From: a virus
Taxonomy: Duplodnaviria; Caudoviricetes
Length of the DNA stretch: 64,000 nucleotides
Reading direction: 5' to 3' (one strand)
Virus record (IMG/VR): IMGVR_UViG_3300050034_000334
Below the pieces are notes generated by a model. It was given only the letters and a program-made list of their open reading frames with translations, was not told where the DNA came from and did no database searches. The translations under genes and the position numbers were made by a program. Positions 1 through 9,874 of the stretch are shown here, piece by piece. Positions within the stretch are counted from its first letter, which is position 1; every line of letters starts with the position of its first letter.

Positions 1-1
1 A

Positions 2-58
2 CCAGAAGAAGGATCCCAAGAAGAAATTCCACCAAACTCTGAAAGGAAACATCAATGA
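2..58 (+). CDS. 3' end of an upstream CDS (partial)
   Basis: Frame open from the window edge (PEEGSQEEIPPNSERKHQ*); its TGA overlaps the ATG at 55 (ATGA coupling). Confidence 0.4.
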   Translation, partial: PEEGSQEEIPPNSERKHQ

Positions 59-711
59 CTATAACATCCACTGAGCAACTCGAGCTTAGAAAAGTCGAGA
101 AACGTCGCATAGTGACGGATATTCTGACGAAGATTCCTGAACGACATCGGGGTGTATCGTTCAATTCCATCATACCCAAACATCCGAAGATCAAGGTCTC
201 TGATGAACGGTGGTCAGAAGTTGTCAAATTGGTCAATGACTGGACCAGTGGTCCCACAATTGACAAGGGAGTGATCCTATTTGGGCCTCCAGCAACAGGT
301 AAGACTACTCTACTGGCTGCTATCTTCCTGAGAATTGCTGTCAAACAGGCTTTGTTCAGAGTCGATCACACGGGTCACGGATACAGTCCGTACTGGGTTG
401 ATATCGGCCATTGGTCTGAACAGATGGCAAATTGGAGTAATCCTCCTGCTCTCAATCTTGACTACATGAACACTCTATCGCTCCCGGTTCATCTCTTTCT
501 TGATGAGTTCGACAAGGTAACCGACAATCCTCCTCGTAGACAAGAGTGCCTGAACACTTTTGTCCGGATTGCCTATGCCAAGACTTGTCCCATGTTTATT
601 GCCACCAACCTGACGGTCGCAGAATATCTAGGCATGGATCTGTATGTAGGTCGCAGAATCACCGAAGATGGCGACAATCTGATGATTGACTTGTACAACA
701 CAGGACTGTGA
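55..711 (+). CDS. dnaC: DnaC/IstB-like AAA+ ATPase (helicase loader)
   Basis: Walker A GPPATGKT, Walker B LFLDEFD, sensor MFIATN, N-terminal IPERH..VSF motif typical of the DnaC/IstB family. Confidence 0.75.
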   Translation: MTITSTEQLELRKVEKRRIVTDILTKIPERHRGVSFNSIIPKHPKIKVSDERWSEVVKLVNDWTSGPTIDKGVILFGPPATGKTTLLAAIFLRIAVKQALFRVDHTGHGYSPYWVDIGHWSEQMANWSNPPALNLDYMNTLSLPVHLFLDEFDKVTDNPPRRQECLNTFVRIAYAKTCPMFIATNLTVAEYLGMDLYVGRRITEDGDNLMIDLYNTGL

Positions 712-750
712 TAGTGAGTCCGAATTGACGGATATCTCCCCACGAGGTAT

Positions 751-1197
751 ATGAACACAGTTGAAGTCAAGCTGCTCAAGTACAAATTCACATTCCGGCA
801 ACTTGCTTGGCGAGAGGAGCATGCCATCAAGTTCGAAGGCAAGGATGCTCGAAGAGTACTCCTGTCTTCGGCACTCCACGAGATCTCTGGTCTAGCAGTG
901 ACTTCCTACGAAGAAGCCTATCGAGTCATCGAGGCTCTCCCAGTTCCTATCCTGAATCGCGTCTTCGTGATGTACAAGGGTGGACTCCCCAATAACCGGG
1001 AATTCACCACGCTGAATCTCTACCAGGCTCCCTCGCCGCGCTCCTATCAAGAGCAACAGGCCCGGGAGGAGGCTGCCAAAACTCTCAAAGTGGAGTCCAA
1101 GTTAGACGAGGTCGAGGCTAACATCCTCAAAGAAGCTCGTGATGGCAAGGGAGGATTCAAGGGTGCTGTCAAGCTAGAGGAGAAGACCCTTGCCTAA
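751..1197 (+). CDS. hypothetical protein, tail assembly chaperone-like
   Basis: 148 aa; SD-like GAGG upstream; lies ahead of the tape measure gene; loose resemblance to the proteins at 1190 and 2968. Confidence 0.4.
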   Translation: MNTVEVKLLKYKFTFRQLAWREEHAIKFEGKDARRVLLSSALHEISGLAVTSYEEAYRVIEALPVPILNRVFVMYKGGLPNNREFTTLNLYQAPSPRSYQEQQAREEAAKTLKVESKLDEVEANILKEARDGKGGFKGAVKLEEKTLA

Positions 1198-2260
1198 TAA
1201 GAGAATCACTTCTGGCGTCGAAGCGATGAAGCTCCTGAATGCAGGAGTCTTCCAGCAGGTTCCTCTTGAAATCGTGGACAAGGTCAAGACTCAGGTGAGT
1301 CGAGCTTGCGAGGAGATTCTAGAATGTGGCGCTCGAATTCGTCCTCTTCGAGTGAACGACAAGCAGATTGGATGGGTTCGTGGAGTTCATCTAAGTGAGA
1401 GGCGAATTCTACATCGCTGGCTCTCTGATCCATTGGAATTTCTCACGGAAGTCCTACTGCTTGGAACCTCATTCACACGAGCTCAGATCGAGGAGATGAC
1501 GTCCATTGAGATTCGTTCGTTAGCTCGCTTGCTCGCCAGGATGCAAGAGTACGAACTCTCAGTCTATCCCTACATGAGTGCCTACTCTACCACTCTCTCC
1601 AGCGAGAAACTGTGGCATTCTAGAGGCACAACACTGTCCTCCTACTCGGATAAGATGATTCAACTTCCCAATGGAGGCGTCATGAAGATCCTGGCTCCTC
1701 CTGATCATGCCAACATTTGGGCAACCCTTTGCACCTATCGGGAGGAGAACAAGGTCAAGATCGAAAGCAATCTCAATGCTTTGATGATCACTCGAGCTTT
1801 TGTGGGTAGCAGAGCTACAACTCATCTTTCGGAAGAGCTCAGACGGGCGTCTCAGAGCCTTCGTCCAGACTTACAAGAGCCTTGGCAGAAGATTGTGAAG
1901 CCGGTGCGTGAGTACAAAGAGGATGGCTGGGCTCACGGCGGTGGCGATTCCATTGAAGAACTCATGAAAGAGATGCATGGCATCGACAGCTTTGACAAAC
2001 ACGAACAACTCATGGCGGCCTTCGAGAAACAGCAACGTGAAGCGGCAGAGAAGGAGAAGGATCGCATCGAGGATTTGGTGCGTAAGTATCACAAGGACGA
2101 GCCGGTTTGGGAAGACTCAATGCCAGTCATCTTGTCTGATGCTGAGGTTCGGCACCAGGAGCAGGAACTCAAGAAGAATCGCAAGGTCCTCAACCCGATC
2201 GTGCCCTATGAATCTCAAACTCCTCAGGAGAGGATCCGCCGGTTCGATCAGAATCGTTAA
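1190..2260 (+). CDS. hypothetical protein, tail/baseplate assembly-associated
   Basis: 356 aa; TTG start 8 nt after GAGGAG; overlaps the previous stop; charged helical C-terminus. Confidence 0.45.
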   Translation: MPNKRITSGVEAMKLLNAGVFQQVPLEIVDKVKTQVSRACEEILECGARIRPLRVNDKQIGWVRGVHLSERRILHRWLSDPLEFLTEVLLLGTSFTRAQIEEMTSIEIRSLARLLARMQEYELSVYPYMSAYSTTLSSEKLWHSRGTTLSSYSDKMIQLPNGGVMKILAPPDHANIWATLCTYREENKVKIESNLNALMITRAFVGSRATTHLSEELRRASQSLRPDLQEPWQKIVKPVREYKEDGWAHGGGDSIEELMKEMHGIDSFDKHEQLMAAFEKQQREAAEKEKDRIEDLVRKYHKDEPVWEDSMPVILSDAEVRHQEQELKKNRKVLNPIVPYESQTPQERIRRFDQNR

Positions 2261-2300
2261 CGAATTCCGATTTATCAACTCTGACATGGTTTAGTGAGGG

Positions 2301-2966
2301 ATGTCCTTCATGCTTATTTACAAAATCACAAATCGAGTGAACGGTAAGGTCTACATCGGAAAGTGGCAAGGTAGACGTGTGGAAGACCGTTGGAAGGTTC
2401 ACTTGGCTTGTGCAGCAGAAGGCAGCCGATTTCATTTTCATAGAGCTATCCGAAAGTTTGGTCCTGATGCTTTTCAAGTGGAAGTTTTGAGAGAAACTGA
2501 TGATGGGATAGAACTTTGTCTACTTGAGAAAGAGTTAATAGCTTTCTTTCAGAGCAGTAATCCAGAATTCGGATACAACATGACTCTAGGAGGAGATGGA
2601 ATCCCTGGATTTTCTCACACGGAAGAAACTAAGCGGAAGATTGGGAATGCTAATAGAGGAAAGGTAATATCAGATGTTGGGAGAGATCGGATGTCAGCAT
2701 CTCATATGGGAATACCTCTCACTTCTAAGTGTAGACAAAATATGAGTTTGACTCAAAAGAGGATTGGTAACAAACCACCTCCAGGATCTCACGTCGTTCC
2801 TCACAGTGAGGAGTCTAAAAATCTCATAAGTGAAAAAACCAAGCAAGGAATGGCTTTTGTGGACAAACAAAAACTGCGCGAAAGTAGTATTCGTGCAAGT
2901 CACAAAAGATGGCACACTAAACGAGGGATTGCTAACCCCAAATGTTCTTTGTGTTTGGAGAATTGA
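2301..2966 (+). mobile_element. free-standing GIY-YIG homing endonuclease with NUMOD3-like motifs
   Basis: LIYKITNRVNGKVYIG, conserved R (DRW), E (LEKELI) and N (GYNMT); HTEETKRKIG and HSEESKNLIS repeats. Start may be the ATG at 2310. Confidence 0.9.
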
Positions 2967-2967
2967 A

Positions 2968-3609
2968 ATGGAAGTTGAAACTGTGATGGTTGAAGAGTCT
3001 TCGCCTAAGTCCATTGACGAGATAGTTGCTAGTTTGAAAGGCTTCGGAATCACAGATTTTGAAGAGATCCTCACTGTCAAGGTCGGTCCCAAAGAACTCC
3101 GTCTCAGGATCGCCAATCTTCCAACTGAAGAAGAGATGAACTCGCTTTTCGCAGTGGAGGAGTACAAGGGATACGCCTGGGTTCAGCACATCAAGTGCGA
3201 GATCTTGTCTCGGTCCATCTCTTGGATCAATGGCATCGACATTCGCAATCTGACTTCCACACAGCGGATGGTTGTGGATCCCACGGATAAGGAAGGAGTT
3301 CAGAAGGACATCCAAGTTGTCCTCCGGAACCTCTTGATGGGTTGGGGTCAGGAATTGGTGGGTGTTCTGTGGAAAGTGCTCATGGTCCATGCTCAGCGCA
3401 TTACCGACCGGCTGTATGAGCAATTCCCCGACAGCGCCATCATGACGGAATACGAGAAGAGATTCATGGAGCATGCACAGGAAGAAATCGAGCAGGCGAC
3501 CGCCGACAATATCCGGCAGCAGATTTCTGAAATGTACGATCCTGAAGTAGATGTGCCCAAGGATTCGGAGCCTGAACCTCAAACTCCTCCTAAGACAAAG
3601 GAAAAGTAG
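2968..3609 (+). CDS. tail assembly chaperone-like protein
   Basis: Likely start ATG 2968 after GGAG (the track's start at 2830 lies inside the endonuclease); acidic; ends 3 nt before the tape measure gene. Confidence 0.5.
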   Translation: MEVETVMVEESSPKSIDEIVASLKGFGITDFEEILTVKVGPKELRLRIANLPTEEEMNSLFAVEEYKGYAWVQHIKCEILSRSISWINGIDIRNLTSTQRMVVDPTDKEGVQKDIQVVLRNLLMGWGQELVGVLWKVLMVHAQRITDRLYEQFPDSAIMTEYEKRFMEHAQEEIEQATADNIRQQISEMYDPEVDVPKDSEPEPQTPPKTKEK

Positions 3610-3612
3610 ACT

Positions 3613-6600
3613 ATGGCATCTCCTCCAGTTGGCGGCGGCAATATTGGTGATCCTGGTCCAGCAACAGCTGCGTCTGCTAGTGCTTCTGGAACTGGAGATC
3701 CTCGTGGCTCAATAAACACAGGAGCTCCGGATCTATCCAGCATTCTGAAGGGGATGAACAACATCACAGATGCCCAGATCTTGATGGTTGAGTTGTCTGG
3801 GAAAATGAAAGTGGCTTTGGAAGAGATCCCAAAGACTTTGAGAGAGGTTGTTGACCAGTATAAGAAGGTCCAGACTGGATTGAAGGACGGTGTTGATGAC
3901 ATCGAGGAGACCGTAGATCACTACGATGTCTTGGTGAAGAAAACCAAGGAATTCAACAAGAATCTCAACGACACCAATCGCGGTGGACACAAGAGGCTTC
4001 AAGATCTAAAGCAGCTGATAACAGCCCACGAAACGCTCGTTAGAAGTGGGAAGATGCATGGCAGAGAACTCGAGAATGTCACTCGTCAGCTTGCTCATCT
4101 GAAGAAAGGGTTTCAAGATGCCAGCGCTGGAGCCATAGATCTGACAAATCCAAGTCATCTGAAGCCATTTCAGGTTGGTTTGGACAACATGCTCCGCACC
4201 ATAAAGACCATTGGAATACAGTATAAAAGCATCAACAGCACTGGCCTGAATGCCAGAAGAGACAACATGCGCGCTGCCTTTTCTCAGGCTGGCTTCTACA
4301 TGAAGCCCGGTTACAGAGACCGCGCTGTAAGAATGGGACAACTTGCTGCCAATTTGAAGGCCAATACAGCCCATCACACAGCCTTGAGCAAGGAGGCTTT
4401 TGAAGAAAAGATGGGAAAGGTACGAGGATTCGGTGGATTCATCAACAGAAAACCAGGCGGAGAGGTCGACTGGAAAGCATTTTCCAAGAAGGGAAGGACT
4501 CCTGAATTTTGGGAAAAACTAGACACCAAAGCGACAGCCAGGCAGATGGGAGGAGGAGGAATTGAATCCTATGCTCTGGGAAGACTGGCCAATGCTAAGG
4601 CTGGAAAGGGAACCTTGGGATTTGGAACCAAAGCTATCCTGGGAATGATGGAGAAGGGAGAAGGATCCGCACTTCGAGGAGTCGGTGCTTGGGGAATGGG
4701 TCTAGCAGAAAAGGGGATGGGAATGGGAGCCGGAGCGATGGCTATTCCCGGTGTTGGAGAAGGTCTTGCTCTTCTTAGCCTAGTGAGAGCAGCCTTCGAC
4801 AAGCAAATTGAGATCAATCAGGGAATTGAGAAGAACCTTGGTACTGCCGGAATATTTGCCCCCGGCGCCAAATCTCCTGGAGTGTTTCAAAATTTGTCAA
4901 GAGTGCAAGCCAATCTGATGCCTGCAACTGGTGGAGGATTTTACAACACTATGGGCATCACTTACAAAAAGAACATGGAAGTCGCTCAAGCGATGGCTGC
5001 CAGTGGTATGGGATTATCAGAGCTTCAGCAGGGTGAAGGTATGTATGCGGGCAAGTATGCTCAGCCTGGTTCGGATACTAAACAGTGGGGGCCAGGAACT
5101 TACGGAGCTATTCAGCACACAGCTTACACCACCGCTCGTCTTGCTGGTTACGATACAGCGGCTGGTACTGCTCAGGCTGTGAAGTTGATACAGACCTATG
5201 GTCAGTCTTTGACTGCTACCAATGACTTTTTCCTCACATTGAACAAAGACGCCAAAGCTGCTGGCATGACCACAATCAAGTATGTGAGCATCATCGATGA
5301 TGTGACCAGTGGCCTTGGCCGTATGAACAAATCGTTCACGGAGTCCGTGAACATCATTCGCACTTTGGGCAGAACGGGCGGAACAACGGCACAGGATATC
5401 AAGGACTACTTTGAAGCAATAACGGGCGGTGGAGCGAAGAAGGAGCTCCCGGTATCTTCATTCCTATTTGGTACAGCAACTCAAGGAGAAAAGGCAGATT
5501 ATAGAGAGATCACTCAAAACAGACAAAACGAACTGGCTGGTGGTATAGCTCAGTCCATTCAAGACGCTCACCTAACTGGAACAATGGGAGGGTACACCAA
5601 AGAGAAGTTAGCTGGTATGTCAGCAGAAGACCTTCGTGCATTGTTACCCGAACTGGCGAGAGCCGGTGGTGATGAAGGAGCCAAGACTGGAATTGGTGGC
5701 CAGATTAGAGAGGCTATCACTAACAAGTACCGATCCGATGCTGCTAGAGAGTTCGCTGCTGGAAAAATAAATGCTGTTCAAATGGCCTCCGTAAACAACA
5801 TGCTGGGTTCGGACATAGGCACACAAGTGTGGCAACAGAATCAAGCACTGGAAAAGACTTTGAAGCCATTTGGTGGCAATATCAAAAAGGCAATCCAAAG
5901 TCCGTTATCTGGTGGATTGTTTGAAGCCTTTGGAGGAGGTAAGAGCGAGAACTTTGAAGCAATGATAGAAGCCCGTCAGATAGCAGCGGGTGGCGTGGTG
6001 GATAAGCTCCGGAACAAGACCACTACTCCAGCAGAGAAGGCGGAACTTATTGCGAGGTATGCGAATGTGGTACCTGGTGGTGCTAAGGCAATGTCAAGGA
6101 TGGCCGAAACTCAACCAGGTAAACTAGAGGATCTTCTCACAAAAAGTGCCGAAATTGGTACTGAGGTTCTGAAATCTCAGCAGCAGTCCATAACCCTACA
6201 GGAGAAAATAGACGCAGACAACGCGGCGCGAGATTTGAATGTAGCAACCAAGAGTTCAGCAGACATCTTCGCTGATGCTTTCGAGCACTTGTTCATGCTG
6301 ATTGTGAAGCCGGTGAATGACATTCTGGACGCCTTGCCCTGGCATGGCGCAAAAGCTGGTGAAGGCGAGAGAACAGCATACGATGCTGCCTATCATAATG
6401 TGTCAAAGGATATGCAAAACTTGCAGAATGCCATCGATGACACGACTGGAAAATACACTCCTCAACAGAAAGAAACTTTCCATCAAATGATATCTAGCAT
6501 CAGAACTGAGCTAGCAGCTAATGCCACCGGAAGACAAACAAGAGAGGCAACAGCCCAGCTTAACCAAGCTGAGAACATGGGAAGTAACTATCAATCTGCA

Positions 6601-7224
6601 AATACTCCTTCTCACTTTGGCTATGTGTATGGAGAAGGAGTTGACAACGTATACGGAAAAGGCGATCTTGATCCTCTGCATAACAAGAAAGGACAGGACA
6701 AAAAGTACAGTGAGATGGCTGATGCTTATCTCAACAATGTAGTCAAGGGTGGCATCAACCCGCAAACTGGAAAGCCCTATGCAGGAAAGTTAGAAGAAGA
6801 CGAATCCGAAATGTTGCCAGTCATGAATCTCTCTAGCGGACTAGCAATGGGCACCGACAAACATGCTGGTCAGATAGCAATTCCTACTGAAGATTTGGTG
6901 ACAAAAGAGGGAGAGTCAAAGCTGGCTCTGTATCTTGACAGAGCAGCTGGAAAGAAGGGAGGACTTTTTGGTGCTGATGCTTGGGGTGGTGATCAAGGCA
7001 AGTATAACTATGGAACTGATGCAAGCGGCAAATCAGTTGTCTATGTAACTCTCATCAACAACAACGCTGCAAACTGGAATCAGTTCCTTGGTAGTCACCC
7101 TGCTCTAGTGACTGGAAAGAGCGAGGTTGTTTCCGCTCCAAAGCCAGCTGTTCCTGCAGTTCCAGGCAAAGATCCAAAGAGCACCTCTTGGCATGCAGGT
7201 CCTAACGGTGTGTGGAGTCAATAG
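3613..7224 (+). CDS. tail tape measure protein
   Basis: 1203 aa, Ala/Gly-rich, largely helical; sits between chaperone-like genes and the SLT/hub/spike genes. Confidence 0.85.
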   Translation: MASPPVGGGNIGDPGPATAASASASGTGDPRGSINTGAPDLSSILKGMNNITDAQILMVELSGKMKVALEEIPKTLREVVDQYKKVQTGLKDGVDDIEETVDHYDVLVKKTKEFNKNLNDTNRGGHKRLQDLKQLITAHETLVRSGKMHGRELENVTRQLAHLKKGFQDASAGAIDLTNPSHLKPFQVGLDNMLRTIKTIGIQYKSINSTGLNARRDNMRAAFSQAGFYMKPGYRDRAVRMGQLAANLKANTAHHTALSKEAFEEKMGKVRGFGGFINRKPGGEVDWKAFSKKGRTPEFWEKLDTKATARQMGGGGIESYALGRLANAKAGKGTLGFGTKAILGMMEKGEGSALRGVGAWGMGLAEKGMGMGAGAMAIPGVGEGLALLSLVRAAFDKQIEINQGIEKNLGTAGIFAPGAKSPGVFQNLSRVQANLMPATGGGFYNTMGITYKKNMEVAQAMAASGMGLSELQQGEGMYAGKYAQPGSDTKQWGPGTYGAIQHTAYTTARLAGYDTAAGTAQAVKLIQTYGQSLTATNDFFLTLNKDAKAAGMTTIKYVSIIDDVTSGLGRMNKSFTESVNIIRTLGRTGGTTAQDIKDYFEAITGGGAKKELPVSSFLFGTATQGEKADYREITQNRQNELAGGIAQSIQDAHLTGTMGGYTKEKLAGMSAEDLRALLPELARAGGDEGAKTGIGGQIREAITNKYRSDAAREFAAGKINAVQMASVNNMLGSDIGTQVWQQNQALEKTLKPFGGNIKKAIQSPLSGGLFEAFGGGKSENFEAMIEARQIAAGGVVDKLRNKTTTPAEKAELIARYANVVPGGAKAMSRMAETQPGKLEDLLTKSAEIGTEVLKSQQQSITLQEKIDADNAARDLNVATKSSADIFADAFEHLFMLIVKPVNDILDALPWHGAKAGEGERTAYDAAYHNVSKDMQNLQNAIDDTTGKYTPQQKETFHQMISSIRTELAANATGRQTREATAQLNQAENMGSNYQSANTPSHFGYVYGEGVDNVYGKGDLDPLHNKKGQDKKYSEMADAYLNNVVKGGINPQTGKPYAGKLEEDESEMLPVMNLSSGLAMGTDKHAGQIAIPTEDLVTKEGESKLALYLDRAAGKKGGLFGADAWGGDQGKYNYGTDASGKSVVYVTLINNNAANWNQFLGSHPALVTGKSEVVSAPKPAVPAVPGKDPKSTSWHAGPNGVWSQ

Positions 7225-7232
7225 GAGTTTGA

Positions 7233-8708
7233 ATGAGCACCAATCCAACGCAGGCACAAATCGCAGCAGAGGCGGCAGCCCTGAGTGCTCAGTATGGAAT
7301 TCCTGCAAGTGTGATCATGTCTGTGATTCAGAGTGAATCCAGTTACAAGCAGTTTGATTCATCTGGAAATCCTCTTCTCAATGTCCCAGTTGCACCAGCA
7401 ACCTCGACTTCTGGCGCTGTGGGACTGATGCAGGTAATGCAAAACAGTGTTTCTCCTCCACTGACATACGATCAAGTTTCCAATGACTGGCAAGCCAACA
7501 TGCAGGCTGGTGCTTCCATTCTCAGCAAGGATATTCAAAATGCCAATCCAGGCCAGACACCAGGTCAGGATGGATGGAGCGCAGCACAAACAGCAGCAGG
7601 TCTTCCGGCTTATGGAGGATTTGTCAAGAACGATCCTTCAGCCTATGTCAACAAGATCATGACCAACGCTGGGATGTCTGGGTATCCACAAGTGGGACCG
7701 CCCTCCTCTTCGGCTAATGGTCCTCTCCTTCCAGGAGTTTCAGGCGCGGCGGTTGAAGCTCTTCCGGTTACTGGGCAACCCATCACTGACACTGCTGATC
7801 TCTACCCTCCATATGTCATAACAGAGGGACTGGATGCAAATCCTTGGTGGCTGATGAAGGGATATACAGAAAATCCCTGGCTCAAGCAAGTTCCAGCCCC
7901 GGTCACCTTTGAGGTCATGCTCCCCAACCAAAAGATGCTTTCAAACACCAAGGCTGGAAACACCTCTGGTACAATCTCGATTCAACTAAATGCTTCGGTC
8001 GCCAGCTTTGAAGTTCAGGCCGGTCACGTTGTTAACAAAGGTCTGTCCCGCACAGGAATGCATATCACGATGTGGGGACAGGAAGCTGACTTGATCTCGG
8101 GAGAAGCTAACACCGGCGCATTCATGAATGCTCTGGGCATCACGAGTTTTCTTAGCGTTTCAAACATCAGTTCTCAACTTCAGCGTCAGATCATCAGTGC
8201 TTTCTCAAATTCCAGTAAACAAGAGAGCAACGTAGATTTCAGCATGACCAGCAACGACCTGAGAATTGCTGCCAGAGATGCCTTCATGGAGCTTCTAGCA
8301 CTGTTCAAGGCCAATGGAGTTGTGTGGTTCAGAAATTCCACTACTGGTTCTGGTACTGGAGCAACCAATCCGGTTGGAGTGGACGCCTTTTCTCCTCAAA
8401 CTGGATTGTCAAACTACCAGATGAACGCTCGTACCAATGATGTCATGGCTCGAGGCCAAGTCATCATGAAGTTCCGCAATTCAATGTACTTGGGATACTT
8501 CAAGTCGCTGGAATACGAAATGGAAGCAGAACGTCCGTTCTACTGGAAGTTCAGATTCGTGTTCCAGGTTGAGAAGACTCTGACTTTGAACTATATCCCG
8601 ATGTACACCACAGCAAACCTTCAACCTGTATCCACTCCTGTCACAACAACAATTTCCTATGTTCCTTTGCAGACTCTCTCGCTTCCAGGATCGGTGAGCA
8701 AATCATGA
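7233..8708 (+). CDS. virion lytic transglycosylase (SLT) fused to a tail-tube-initiator-like domain
   Basis: IPASVIMSVIQSES (catalytic Glu) and GAVGLMQVM; the C-terminal domain (LNAS...RTG..ITMWG...ISG) resembles the next gene. Confidence 0.8.
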   Translation: MSTNPTQAQIAAEAAALSAQYGIPASVIMSVIQSESSYKQFDSSGNPLLNVPVAPATSTSGAVGLMQVMQNSVSPPLTYDQVSNDWQANMQAGASILSKDIQNANPGQTPGQDGWSAAQTAAGLPAYGGFVKNDPSAYVNKIMTNAGMSGYPQVGPPSSSANGPLLPGVSGAAVEALPVTGQPITDTADLYPPYVITEGLDANPWWLMKGYTENPWLKQVPAPVTFEVMLPNQKMLSNTKAGNTSGTISIQLNASVASFEVQAGHVVNKGLSRTGMHITMWGQEADLISGEANTGAFMNALGITSFLSVSNISSQLQRQIISAFSNSSKQESNVDFSMTSNDLRIAARDAFMELLALFKANGVVWFRNSTTGSGTGATNPVGVDAFSPQTGLSNYQMNARTNDVMARGQVIMKFRNSMYLGYFKSLEYEMEAERPFYWKFRFVFQVEKTLTLNYIPMYTTANLQPVSTPVTTTISYVPLQTLSLPGSVSKS

Positions 8709-9874
8709 CACTCTCAGCAGCCCTTTCTCTACCAATCCGTTCCGAGAGACAGATCGTTCCTGCATATAATGCTCAGGTGATCAATCCTGCTCAGGGGAAT
8801 CCTGTTGCGTCAACTCCAAGCGATTACCAAATCATCGCTGCCCTAAAACCGTACACGGACTACATCGTGTTCAGAATTCCTCATCGTGGAGTCACTTCAA
8901 GTGGCAGTCCGGACCCCACCAATCCAGCCTACTTCCGATTCTTGATCAATCCTCACACAGTGAGGGTTTCTCACCAGACTCAAGACACTCAGTTGATGAC
9001 TCGCGATGGTTGGAAGTTCGGAGTTTGGGGAGAGGGATTTGTAGAGGTGAGCTTCTCAGGTAAGACTGCTGGGCAGTACTTCACATTGGGAACCACTGAC
9101 ATGTTCAAGGAGTTCACTGAATCTTACCAGAATTTGCTGGAACTTCAGTCTCTCTTTGACAACAACGGATACTGGTTCGAAGGAGAGACTCCGGCAGTCG
9201 GAGGAACATCGACAGGACAGGCGATTCCCACGGCTCTTACCAAGCGCAGAATCAAGATGCACGAGGATGTGGAGATCTTCTGTGGAGAAACCATCTGGTC
9301 TGGAATGTTTGACAAACTGAATGTTTCTCAGAATGTAGACAGCCCTTTCTTGGCTGACTTCAACATCTCGTTCACGGCTTGGAAGGAAAGGTATCGCTTA
9401 GATTCGCCATATAGAAACGCAGGAGCATGCAACATCCAGCGCGGTCATTCCTACAGTGCCTTTGCCTCTGTAGCGAATCCTTCTGGGCAAAACACGACGC
9501 TGGCAGATGCTGATGTGGATTCCGGCGCTGCTACTTCTCTGTTGACGAACTTTTATTCTAATGGAAAACTAGCTGTTTCTGGCATGTCAAGCACGCCAAA
9601 GGCAGCTCAGGTATCAAATTCTCCTGCTTTGGTTGTAGCAGCGCAGCAGCAAACTGCTCCAGTAGTGACTCCCAGTCTGACCGCCGCATCTACTGATTGT
9701 AGCGATCTGTTGAATCCAGATCCCACTTTTTGGAATGGAGGAGGAGGTGGAGGAAGTTTGGGGCCGGCAGTGTCGTATTCTGGTGTCACTCCAGTTGTTT
9801 CATCCGCGTTTTCGTATCTACCAATCGTTTCAACTGCATTTCCTATCCAGGAAGGAGGGATAAATGTCAAGTAA
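8705..9874 (+). CDS. baseplate/tail tube initiator-like virion protein
   Basis: FLINPHTVRV...TRDGW...WGEG...SFSGKT pattern of tube-fold baseplate proteins; ATGA-coupled to the SLT gene. Confidence 0.55.
   Translation: MTLSAALSLPIRSERQIVPAYNAQVINPAQGNPVASTPSDYQIIAALKPYTDYIVFRIPHRGVTSSGSPDPTNPAYFRFLINPHTVRVSHQTQDTQLMTRDGWKFGVWGEGFVEVSFSGKTAGQYFTLGTTDMFKEFTESYQNLLELQSLFDNNGYWFEGETPAVGGTSTGQAIPTALTKRRIKMHEDVEIFCGETIWSGMFDKLNVSQNVDSPFLADFNISFTAWKERYRLDSPYRNAGACNIQRGHSYSAFASVANPSGQNTTLADADVDSGAATSLLTNFYSNGKLAVSGMSSTPKAAQVSNSPALVVAAQQQTAPVVTPSLTAASTDCSDLLNPDPTFWNGGGGGGSLGPAVSYSGVTPVVSSAFSYLPIVSTAFPIQEGGINVK

Noticed and set aside
1170-1200. Programmed tail-chaperone frameshift between the 751 and 1190 ORFs
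   Set aside because: No slippery heptamer; the second ORF has its own GAGGAG plus TTG start and an in-frame TAG just upstream.
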